DNA of 64,000 bases from the human T2T-CHM13v2.0 reference genome, Homo sapiens. Shown piece after piece: positions 45,187-56,197 of the stretch. The first letter of the stretch is position 1. Every line of letters begins with the position of its first letter. The notes under the pieces were generated by a model, which searched no databases, was not told the origin of the DNA, and saw only the letters and a program-made list of their open reading frames with translations. Both the position numbers and the translations under genes were made by a program. The stretch lies in assembly GCF_009914755.1 (NCBI RefSeq), contig NC_060934.1, one strand, 5' to 3'.

Positions 45187-46623
45187 TGGTTTTTAACACT
45201 CTTAATTACTGTAATACAATGTGTTAATAGAGTAAGTGACACAGACCACATGATCATCTCCGTAGACACCCTCCAAAATGGCATTTGGCCAAATCCAACA
45301 CGTTTTCTTGATGTAAAAACAAACACAACAAACTAGCAATAGAAGAGAACTTTCTAAATCTGAACTACAAAAACACTCAGCTAAAAGATGGAACAGCTTC
45401 CCCCGAGATCAGAAACAAGGCAGGATGTCCACTCTCACCATGTACATCCACCGTTGTACATGAGGTTCTAGCCAGGGAAATTAGACAATAAAAAGAAACC
45501 AAAGTCATTCAAATTGCAAAAGAAGAGGTAAAACTGTCTTGGTTTTACAGATGACATGATGATGTATATAGAAAATCCCAAGAAATTTACAAAACACTAT
45601 TAGAGTTTAACAAGTTCAGCAAGGTTCAGAATACCCGTCATTAAAAAAAAATAATAATTGTATTGCTATACACTAGCAGTGAACAATATGAACATGAAAG
45701 TTTGAAAACAGTTCTGTTTACAGTAGCATCAAAAATAATACAACACTTAGGAATAAATATAAAAGAAATATAAGACTTGTATGTTGTAAATTACAAAATG
45801 TTACTGAAAGAAATTACATGGAAAGACATGTTCATGGATCAGAAGACTTAAAATTGTTACTATGGTATTACTTCCCAAATTGATACGCTGATTCAGTGCA
45901 TTTTCTACCAAAATCCCAACTGACTTATTTGCAGAGATTCACAAGCTGGTCCTAAAATTCATATGAAAATTTAAGAGACTTCAAATAGTCTAAACAGTCT
46001 TGTAAAAGAAGAACAAATTGGGAGGATTTACACTTTACCAATTTCAAAACTTACTACAAAACAACGTTGGTCAGCTTAATGTGATGCTGGCTTGAGGATA
46101 GATATATAAATAGTGGAATAGAATCGAGTGTCCAGAAGTAAAATGTATGGCCAGTGACTTTTGGCAAGAGTTCCAAAACAGTTCGTTGGGGGAAAGAATT
46201 GTTTTTTCACCAAAAGATGCTGGAACCAACTGAGTATCCACATGGAAGAGAATGAGGTTGGACCCCTTCCTTACGCCATACACAAAATTAACTTGACATG
46301 TATTATAGACCTAAAAGTACGCCCTAAAAGTATAAAATTCTTAGAAGAAAGCATAGGGTTAAATCTTCATGACCAAGTTTTTTAGGTATAACATCAAAAG
46401 CACAAGTGACCAAAAATATATAGATTGGAATTCATTAAAATTAAAGCTTTCATGCTGCTAACAGTACCATCAATACTATCAAATAATAAGAAAACTCAAA
46501 GAATGGGAGAAAATATTTGCAAATCATATATCTAATAATGGACTTGTTTCAGAATATATCAAGAATTCTTACAATGCAACAATAAAATGGTAAACGACTC
46601 AATAAAAAATGAGCAAGGATCTA

Positions 46624-46913
46624 GGCCGGGCGCGGGGCCCACGCCTGTAATCCCAGCACTTTGGGAGGCCGAGGCGGGCGGATCACAAGGTCAGGAGATC
46701 GAGACCATCCTGGCCAACACGGTGAAATCCCGTCTCTACTAAAAATACAAAAAATCAGCCGGGCCTGATGGCACGCGCCTGTAGTCTCAGCTACTCTGGA
46801 GGCTGAGGCAAGAGAATCATTTGAATCCAGGAGGCGGAGGTTGCAGTGAGCCAAGACCATGCCACTGCGCTCCAGCCTAGGCAACAGAGTGAGACTCCGT
46901 CTCAAAAATAAAA
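46624..46913 (+). mobile_element. AluSc/Y
   Basis: Sense dimer; TSD CAAGGATCT. Confidence 0.92.
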
Positions 46914-47240
46914 GATCAAGGATCTGAATGGACATTTTTCCAAAGAAGGTATAATGTGCCAATAAGCACGTGAAAAGATGCTCAACATCATTAGTCAATT
47001 AGAAAAATACAAACCTTAAACCATGAGATAATACCACTTCTTATCTACTAAAATGGGTATAATAAAAAAGATAACAAGTGTTCATGAGTATGTGGAGAAG
47101 TCAGAACCCTTATACATTGTTTTTGGGAATATAAATGGTGTAGCTGCTTTGGAAAATGGTTCAGCTTTCCTCAAAATAGTTAACGTGATACGGAAATTTA
47201 TAAAAGAATGTTGGCAAATACAACTATAATAAAGGTGGTC

Positions 47241-47247
<7 letters not shown>

Positions 47248-47277
<30 letters not shown>

Positions 47278-49376
47278 TGATCATTCTTGGGTGTTTCTCG
47301 CAGAGGGGGATTTGGCAGGGTCATAGGACAACAGTGGAGGGAAGGTCAGCAGATAAACAAGTGAACAAAGGTCTCTGGTTTTCCTAGGCAGAGGACCCTG
47401 CGGCCTTCCGCAGTGTTTGTGTCCCTGGGTACTTGAGATTAGGGAGTGGTGATGACTCTTAACGAGCATGCTGCCTTCAAGCATCTGTTTAACAAAGCAC
47501 ATCTTGCACCGCCCTTAATCCATTTAACCCTGAGTGGACACAGCACATGTTTCAGAGAGCACAGGGTTGGGGATAAGGTCACAGATCAACAGGATCCCAA
47601 GGCAGAAGAATTTTTCTTAGTACAGAACAAAATGAAAAGTCTCCCATGTCTACTTCTATCCACACAGACCCGGCAACCATCCGATTTCTCAATTTTTTCC
47701 CCACCCTTCCCGCCTTTCTATTCCACAAAACTGCCATTGTCATCATGGCCCATCCCCAATGAGCCGCTAGGCACACCTCCCAGACGGGGTCGTGGCCGGG
47801 CAGAGGGGCTCCTCACTTCCCAGTAGGGGCGGCCGGGCAGAAGTGCCCCCCACCTCCCGGATGGGGCGGCTGGCCGGGCAGAGGGGTCCTCACTTCCCAG
47901 TAGGGGCGGCCGGGCAGAGGCGCCCCTCACCTCCCGGATGGGGCGGCCGGCCGGGCGGGGGGCTGACCCCCCCACCTCCCTCCCGGACAGGGCGGCTGGC
48001 CGACCCCCCCCCCGCCTCCCTCCCGGACGGGGCGGCTGGCCGGGCAGAGGGGCTCCTCACTTCCCAGTAGGGGCGGCCGGGCAGAGGCGCCCCTCACCTC
48101 CCGGACAGGGCGGCTGGCCAGGCGGGGGGCTGACCCCCCCACCTCCCTCCCGGACGGGGCGGCTGGCCGGGCGGGGGGCTGACCCCCCCACCTCCCTCCC
48201 GGACGGGGCGGCTGGCCGGGCAGAGGAGTCCTCACTTCCCAGTAGGGGCGGCCGGGCAGAGGCGCCCCTCACCTCCCGGACTGGGCGGCTGGCCGGGCAG
48301 GGGGCTGACCCCCCACCTCCCTCCTGGACGGGGCGACTGGCCGGGCAGAGGGGCTCCTCACTTCCCAGTAGGGGCGGCCGGGCAGAGGAGCCCCTCACCT
48401 CCCGGACGGGGCGGCTGGCCGGGCGGGGGGCTGACCCCCCCCACCTCCCTCCCGGACGGGGTGGCTGCCGGGCGGAGACGCTCCTCACTTTCCAGACGGG
48501 GTGGCTGCCAGGCGGAGGGGCTCCTCACTTCCCAGACGGGGTGGCTGCCGGACGGAGGGGCTCCTCACTTCTCAGACGGGGCGGTTGCTAGGCAGAGGGT
48601 TTCCTCACTTCTCAGACGGGGCGGCCGGGCAGAGACGCTCCTCACCTCCCAGACAGGGTTGCGGCCCAGCAGAGGCGCTCCTCACATCCCAGACAGGGCG
48701 GCGGGGCAGAGGTGCTCCCCACATCTCAGACGATGGGCGGCCGGGCAGAGACGCTCCTCACTTCCTAGATGGGATGGCGGCGGGGAAGAGGCGCTCCTCG
48801 CTTCCTAGATGGGATGGCGGCCGGGCAGAGACGCTCCTCACTTTCCAGACTGGGCAGCCAGGCAGAGAGGCTCCTCATATCCCAGACGATGGGGGGGCAG
48901 GCAGAGACGCTCCTCACTTCCCAGACGGGGTGGCGGCTGGGCAGAGGCTGCAATCTCGGCACTTTGGGGGGCCAAGGCAGGCGGCTGGGAGGTGGAGGTT
49001 GTAGCGAGCCGAGATCACGCCATTGCACTCCAGCCTGGGCACCATTGAGCACTGAGTGAACGAGACTCCGTCTGCAATCCCGGCACCTCGGGAGGCCGAG
49101 GCTGGCGGATCACTCGCGGTTAGGAGCTGGAGACCAGCCCGGCCAACACAGCAAAACCCCGTCTCCACCAAAAAAAAAACGAAAACCAGTCAGGCGTGGC
49201 GGCGCGCGCCTGCAATCGCAGGCACTCGGCAGGCTGAGGCAGGAGAATCAGGCAGGGAGGTTGCAGTGAGCTGAGATGGCAGCAGTACCGTCCAGCTTTG
49301 GCTCGGCATCAGAGGGAGACCGTGGAAGGAGACCGTGGAGAGAGGGAGAGGAGGGAGAGGGAGAGGGAGAGGGAGC
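47248..49376 (-). mobile_element. Full-length SVA retrotransposon (possibly SVA_D), antisense to LCOR
   Basis: poly(T) tail to 47275, SINE-R ~47276-47760, GC-rich VNTR ~47770-48950, Alu-like ~48950-49300, (AGAGGG)n hexamer ~49340-49375; TSD GGTCATGATTT at 47237-47247 and 49377-49387. Confidence 0.97.
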
Positions 49377-49997
49377 GGTCATGATTTATAAGACTTAAAA
49401 TATTTCAGTTAAATTTTTTAATACATTATATAGCAAACTTACTGTGCCTTATATAGCAGTGTTTAAGGATCATTATTTTAATTTGAATATGCCAGTGAGT
49501 TCTTCATATTAAGCTTTTTACAATATATAATCCATGCTAAATACATATTTTGGTTGTGCTTTTAACATAAATCTTAGGATGGGAAATCATAGAAAGCTGG
49601 TTGCAAATATCAGTGGGTATTTTTTTAAATTTTTGAGGGAATCATTTGTGCATTATAACATGTCTTCAATGTGTTGTTTAATTCCTTTTCATTGTGCCAA
49701 GATATGTCCCATTTTCTTACTTAGAACACTTATATATGGAAATAAAGACATTAATTCATACATTAAAGTGATTTCAAATAAATTATATGCACTAGAACTT
49801 AACACTTAAATATGCATTTAGCTTCTTAAAAATACTTTTATTTTCTGTTATTGTAAGATACAAGAGTGGAGGTAGGTGCAAGGTATTGCCAACTTGGTCC
49901 AGTGCTCCTGCAGTCTGGGATTAGAGGCTGGGAATCTCGGGGATGATTATAGTGCAGCATATTGGAACTTTTTGGTCAGAGAAACTTTCTGACCTAC

Positions 49998-50298
49998 TTT
50001 TTTTTGTTTGTTTGTTTTTGAGACAAAGTCTTGCTGTGTCACCCAAGCTGGAGTGCAGTGGCATAATCTCAAGTGCAACCTCCACCTCCTGGGTTCAAGC
50101 GATTCTCATGCCTCAGCCTCCTGAGTAGCTGGGATTGCAGGCACGTGCCACCACGCCCAGCTAATTTTTGTATTTTTAGTAGAAACTGGGTTTCACCATT
50201 GTTGGCCAGGCTGGTCTCGAACTCCTCACCTCAAGTGATCCGCCCGCCTCGGCCTCCCTAAGTGCTGGGATTACAGGCATGAGCCACCTCGCCTGGTC
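49998..50298 (-). mobile_element. AluS
   Basis: Antisense Alu dimer. Confidence 0.9.
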
Positions 50299-51014
50299 AG
50301 ATTCACTGTTTATATTTCAAAGCTGTTCAAACATAGATGTATTGTAACAAAAGATAATGCAATGCTTATGCTTAGAACATGCAGTGCATTCTATTTTTCA
50401 GTTCATTTTGCTAATGCTACTTTTGACCACTTAATCAATTTACAACCCATTAAAGGTTTGAGAACCACAGTTTTAAAAATAGTAATCTAGAGACAGAATT
50501 GTGAATTCAGATGTATTCTGAGTTTTTCTTCCTAATGGCCTTTTAAAAGTGTTTGTGTTTTGTGTCTGGTGAAAAACAGATCTCATACTTGGAAAGCAAA
50601 CATGATCCTCAAATGAGATTTGGAATTCAAAAAAAATTTTTTTTTTGGTAAATTAAAAAAAAAAAAGCCTTCTGTCTGAATTGAGTTGCCTGTGAAAAAT
50701 AACTATAGTATAATAGAACCAATATATTTGAGTGCTTTCAAGGAAATTATCCCTCTGGCAGTTAAAGTTTAGTTAGAGTAAATTTTGAACAAAACTCATA
50801 GTCAAAAAAAGAAGTAGATAAAATCCAGCTGAAGAATATGTTTACATTTATTTTGCTTGTATACTTTTTCATAAAATTTATACTGAAGTTTTAAAATATT
50901 TTAATTGCATCAAATTAATTTGCCTTATTTGCTACTAACTTTGATTTCGTCTATGCTTTTGTTATTGAATGGGGAAAGACGTGTGTGCAACTATTTCACC
51001 AAGTATTTTTGCAG

Positions 51015-51147
51015 GGACACTTAGTCGGTCTGGATGAACCAGCTTCGGGAGCTGGGCAAGAAGCTCTGCTTAAACAAGAGCAAGCAAAAATCATTCGATT
51101 CGAGAGACAAGCAGAAGAATTCCTCAATGCAGTCTTTTATAGAAAAG
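51015..51147 (+). CDS. LCOR: LCOR upstream exon (nominally 5' UTR), putatively coding GHLVGLDEPASGAGQEALLKQEQAKIIRFERQAEEFLNAVFYRK
   Basis: tttttgcag| ... AAG|gttggt; 133 nt, phase 0/1, stop-free, CpG-retaining; end resembles LCORL IECQAENYLNALFRKK (from recall). Confidence 0.85.
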
Positions 51148-54100
51148 GTTGGTTTCAGTGAAGATGATATTTAGCATCTGCTTGTCTTGTATTATTGATC
51201 TCCTTAATTTCATTGTCATTTTTAAAGTTACTCTTAAAAACATTTTTCTTTATTGATATAATTTATATTGTTCTATATACCTTGGGTCAAGTTCAAATTG
51301 GAATTAGGATTAAGGAAACCCTGTTCCCCACATTTAGGCTCTGATGTGATGGTGAGTTTTAATTAAATAGTTTAGAAAATTATTAGGAAATTCTGAAAAT
51401 TTTAAGCTCTCAGTAGTACTACATTTTGTTAGACAACTTTTCTTATGGAGACAGTTACTGTTTTAATCACCGATAACTAAATCCAACTGTGTGATTTTTT
51501 TTTTTTTTTTAGTAATTTCAACGTGAAATTTCATTTGGAGAGAAAATGTAGTTATAAAATTAGATTTGTAAGCATTTTTTTCTGATATAGTCTTGTTTCA
51601 CTAAAATTTTTTATATTAATTAAAATTAGGGAAATAATTATTATGTAGTAAAACTTTTCCCCCTGCATTTGAGGTGGCATTTAATAGCTCAACCTCTTGC
51701 ATTTTTAAAATTTATCTTTTTCCTTGAAACTTTTGTAGGCTTGTTTTACATTTCTTTCAAAATACAGAAAAGTTCTTCAGTCATGGAGTCTTGAGGCTTA
51801 TCAATCCTTCATAGAGGCATTCAGGTTTATTCTTTATTCACAAAGCATAATTACCATCAGCCAGAACCTTCAGGAAAGTTCCCTTCATGTTCCTTTCTAG
51901 TGAGGAGTCTTTACTTTTAAGAAATTCTAAATGGATTTATACTTCTTAGTTACACTTTTCCTCCATTTCCAAGATGGTGGTTACTGTGATGGGTTCTAAA
52001 AAAGTTTCATACAAACTCTTGATAATCTTAAATATTCTTACTTAATCTTCAGCAGACTCAGTGATTCCATTTTCTTTAATAATTCTTCATATGTTCTAGT
52101 TTACACCTCTCATTCCTCTGGAAATTCCCTCCTTCCCTTTGACATTGGTTAAAAGTCTGATAAGTGCTGGTTCTGTTGGGTTTCTTTACAGTTGGACACT
52201 AGCTGGGCTTCTGCTTAATGTGATCAGTATTTCCAAAAGGCGGTGTGAAGTGTAGTGTCATATAAAATTAAGAAATGCAGAGATTATTTTCTGTGGCACT
52301 TTTTTTCCCATTTTCTTCCATTAGATCCCTAGGCAGAATTAAATTGTTTAGTACATCCTTAATTCTCTGTAAACACCCACTAGCACCTCCTGACCTAAAT
52401 CTCCCAGCTGAGTCTCCTATGTCTTATTATCCCTGCACATTGCTCAGAATTCTAAAATTATGTTCAAAATAATCATTTTCTTAGTTTTATGAACATCTGA
52501 TTGTTAAAAGCAAATTTAAGTATAAACAACTTATAGAGCAGTTCTATCAGTTTGCTTACCAAATAAAATATCTTTACAGCTCCTCTCCTGAAGGATGTAC
52601 ACAGAGTCATTGATCTGTTGTGTTGTTATAGCAAGCTTCATTATCTGAAAAGAGGACTTCCTCTCCCTAATTTACATGGAGGAACCACTTTTCATCCACT
52701 CTTTGCTTAGGGGACATTAATAAAGTCAATCATAAGACTCCTACAGAAAAATTCTGTCGTACTTTTCTGCTAGTCCTAAGCCCTTTGTCATAGAGGAATA
52801 ACTTTCAAGTTTTTATAAAGTTTTTCTTTTTTTTTTTTTAAGAAATTAAACTTTTGGGTTATAACCTTTAGGGGAGGAATTCTTACCTTGGAATTGGTCT
52901 TAGGATAGATTTCAAGAGATGGGAATGCTCTGAAATTGTAAGTTGAGTTTATTTGTTTATGTACAGGCATGTGATGCTCAGAGAAAGAACTGTTCCTTTG
53001 GAATTTGGACATTTTCTTCCCCTTTATGTATTAATATTGCTATGTTTAGATATAATCCTCTTGTAACCATCTCCAAGATAGCCATTAGTACTCTTTAAAT
53101 TAATACCAAAAATGTTTAGTATCCAGGGATATGATGGACATTTTAGTCTGAAGAGAATCTTTTGTTTTAATAATTCAGATGCTTAGATTTGGTCCCTTGT
53201 TTCAAAGTATTGTAAATTATATGTTTTAAATAATTTGTGTAAGGATTATGTATAGTTAAGTAGAATCAGAGATGGAATAAAAGTAAGCTTTTAGGATATG
53301 GAATCCATAATTTCACTTCAAGAACAATATACCTTCTACAAATGTCATAATGACATTTCTTTTTAGCTTGCGTTGTCACTTGTATTAAAAAAGTTAGATT
53401 TGCATTTTAAGATACACAGGTGGCTGTGATGTAACATGTTTTTCTGCAGTTTTATTTTTCATCTGATTTGTTGCTTTTATTTGACTCAGTTGTGCTGTGT
53501 TCCCCTGGGTGTGGATATGTTTGTAGATGTGTATTTTAAGTATGTCAAAGAATGAAATCTGTTCAATAAACTTCCACAAGATAGAGAAATTCAAATGGCA
53601 GAGATGTAATTCATAAACACTGTCTTGTCTCATGACTGTGTTTTCATTCAATAAAGAGACAAGATACTGCAGACATTGAGTGCTCAAAGATAGTGGTCTG
53701 TGGTCCTTGTTCTAATATCTTTGACTCTTCACAGAGCTCTTTATGTTTATTAATACTACTTAAACACAGAGGCATCGCATAAATTCATAAATTTTATTTT
53801 ACTTTTTATATGGAAATTTCCTTTATGTATTACATATTCTCCCAACTATATTCAGGGGTGGAAAGGTAAACTAATGTACTAAAACTTGAAATTTATACAA
53901 TAGTTCATATGGAGATTTATGTAGGGAGAAAAGTGGGTCTTAACTGGAACGTTAAATGACTGTTTGGAAAATTCAATGGATGGAGATATTTAAAAAGCAG
54001 TGTATGGATAAAATGTTAATTAAAACAACTGAGGAACCATTTTCAGTAACTGTAGCAACTTCTGAACCTTACCTAGTTCCATACCTTTATTTTTAAACCA

Positions 54101-54629
54101 CCGGGAATACTTATAGTCTCTATTTATAGAGAGGAAAGTTAGAGTTATAAATACTCCTTAGTGTGACAGAAGCGTTATTACTAGTAGAGTAAGCCTCATT
54201 AAACTCCAGAAGATGAAATAAATAGCACAACTTTGTGACCATCTTCTGGTATTGAATATCGTCCTTTCGGGGGAAAAAATTGCCTGTTCTTAGGAGTCCT
54301 GTGAGGTTTTGATGATGTATTTGTTTGTTGTTTATTATGGAGATTTTAGATTTTAGTAATTAGAGTCAGTTTTTCTTTAACTTTATAAATTAAACTCTTA
54401 AGTTCCTTACAGCCCCAAAATACTGTGGGTAAAGTTATTTGCCTTCTATAGCTAATCTTTAAAAGACTAAAGAAACCTTGGTTTTCTGAGAACTGTCTTG
54501 TAAAACCTCAAAAGTGTGGTGGGAAGCAAAGGTCACAGGTAAAACAGTAAGATCAGGGGAAGAGTTTTAATTGAGAGTCTTATCACTAATCACCTATATA
54601 AATTTGTAGTGGCCACTTACTCTTTTGAT

Positions 54630-54899
54630 CACATTTCCCTTTTTTTTTTTAAAGGACTATTTCATGTTGATTGACCTATTTAGTATTTAACTAAATTGAA
54701 TACACACTTTAGACCAGGCAAGATTAGGTATATAGAGGTACACAGAGGTAAACAAACACATTTCCCTCATTTTATTTTTTTAAAAGGACTATTTCATGGT
54801 GATTGATTTGATTGACCTATTTAGTATTCAGCTAAATCGAATACACTTTAAATCAGGCAAGATTAGGTATTTAGAGGTACACAGAGGTAAACAAACACA
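54630..54899. repeat. Diverged tandem duplication of about 130 bp
   Basis: Two copies of CACATTTCCCT..AAAGGACTATTTCATG..AGAGGTACACAGAGGTAAACAAACACA. Confidence 0.92.
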
Positions 54900-55223
54900 G
54901 TCTCAGCTCTTGAGAAGCTTAGTCTTCCTGATTGACTATTATAGTGTGGTAATTATAGAGGCATGATGATAATATATTTATACAAGTCATTTTCCCTTTC
55001 ATCTTAACCTCTTTTGCCTTTCAAAGTCTCTTCCAGTGCTAAAAGTTCTTCGAGTTAATGAGTTCTTATGGTTTAAACTTAACATTGACTAGAAATTGAT
55101 AATTTAGATGTTTATTTCATTATTTTATTTTTTTTTACTAGTTGGCAGAGTTTATTTAAAGTACTCCTGGAAAATATGTGATTTTTCTTAGGCTTTTGAG
55201 ATTTGACATTTAAACACCTAGCC

Positions 55224-55400
55224 CAGAGGTTCTACAGTTGTGGTCCCCAGACCAGCAGCATCTAAGAACTTGTTAGAATGCCAGTTCTTGAGCCCACCCT
55301 AGAACTACTGAATCAGAAACTCTGGGGAGAGAACCCAACAAGCTGTTTTTGCAAAGCTGTCAGGGTGATTCTGATGAACATTAAAGTGTGAGAATGATTG
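55224..55400 (+). mobile_element. MER5A hAT-Charlie element
   Basis: GTGGTCCCCAGACCAGCAGCATC..ACTGAATCAGAAACTCTGGGG..GGTGATTCTGATG. Confidence 0.8.
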
Positions 55401-55909
55401 CCCTAGCCTAAAATGGATCTTAAAATTAAGTATCTCCTTTTATAATCTTGGTATGCCTTCTGTCTTTAATATAAAGTAAATTAAGCACTCATGAACTCAG
55501 TAATGCATTCTTCAAATATTTAGGAGAAGGTGGCTGAGGAAAAAGTCTAGGGTTACTTGATGTGACCTATAGGTGTGTTAACATGAGAGTATTTCCTAAG
55601 TGAAGGGTTTTGGGATTTCTGTATCAGGTAAGTGATTCTTGCCCATAAGATATTCTAGTTGTTATCCCTTTATTTAATTTCATAATATTCAATTATTATA
55701 TGGGGGAAGATGTTTAGAATTATTTTAATAAAAATTTTATTTTTAAAAATAGACAACTCAAAAGCTTAGAAAACATAAGTCAAAGGGGAGATACTATTTT
55801 TAAGATAACTGCATTTTAAGAAAAATAAAATGAAATTTTATGTTTACTTGAAAGCTGTCTTTTTTAGTACATTGTCCCACTTTAAAAGTAAATAAATCTT
55901 TATTTACAG

Positions 55910-55959
55910 ACAGTCCCTGGGTCTCCGACCCCAATATTCCCCTAGTGGCCCGTGAGATC
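55910..55959 (+). CDS. LCOR: 5' part of the ATG exon, in-frame extension [17 protein letters not shown]
   Basis: In frame with ATG 55960; DPNIPLVA is shared with LCORL [20 protein letters not shown] (from recall). Confidence 0.8.
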
Positions 55960-56197
55960 ATGCAGCGAATGATCCAACAATTTGCTGCTGAATATACCTC
56001 AAAAAATAGCTCTACTCAGGACCCCAGCCAGCCCAATAGCACAAAGAACCAAAGCCTGCCGAAAGCATCTCCAGTCACCACCTCTCCCACGGCTGCAACT
56101 ACTCAGAACCCTGTGCTCAGCAAACTTCTCATGGCTGACCAAGACTCACCTCTGGACCTTACTGTCAGAAAGTCTCAGTCAGAACCTAGCGAACAAG
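55960..56197 (+). CDS. LCOR: LCOR coding exon with canonical ATG (aa 1-79): NR box LSKLL (56116-56130) and CtBP motif PLDLT (56149-56163). The exon itself begins at 55910
   Basis: Acceptor tttacag|55910, ATG at 55960, translation MQRMIQQFAAEYTSK...LSKLL...PLDLT...EQ, donor CAAG|gtatgg at 56197; matches my recall of the LCOR N-terminus. Confidence 0.97.

Larger units (their letters stand above)
43170..47233 (+). mobile_element. Old L1 (L1M/L1MB-like) ORF2 and 3' region, sense, interrupted by MLT1, MER44 and Alus
   Basis: Degenerate ORF2 hallmarks (CAAGTGGAATTTATCCCAGG, ACAAGGCAGGATGTCCACTCTCACC, GCAAATCATATATCT, AAAAGATGCTCAACATCATTAGTCA). Confidence 0.85.

Noticed and set aside
47770-48950. 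Regular ~35-50-bp repeats superficially like a CRISPR array
   Set aside because: No unique spacers; SVA VNTR in eukaryotic DNA.
47446-49274. Many overlapping G/R/P-rich ORFs and a CpG-island-like composition
   Set aside because: SVA VNTR and Alu-like domain; not a host gene or LCOR promoter.
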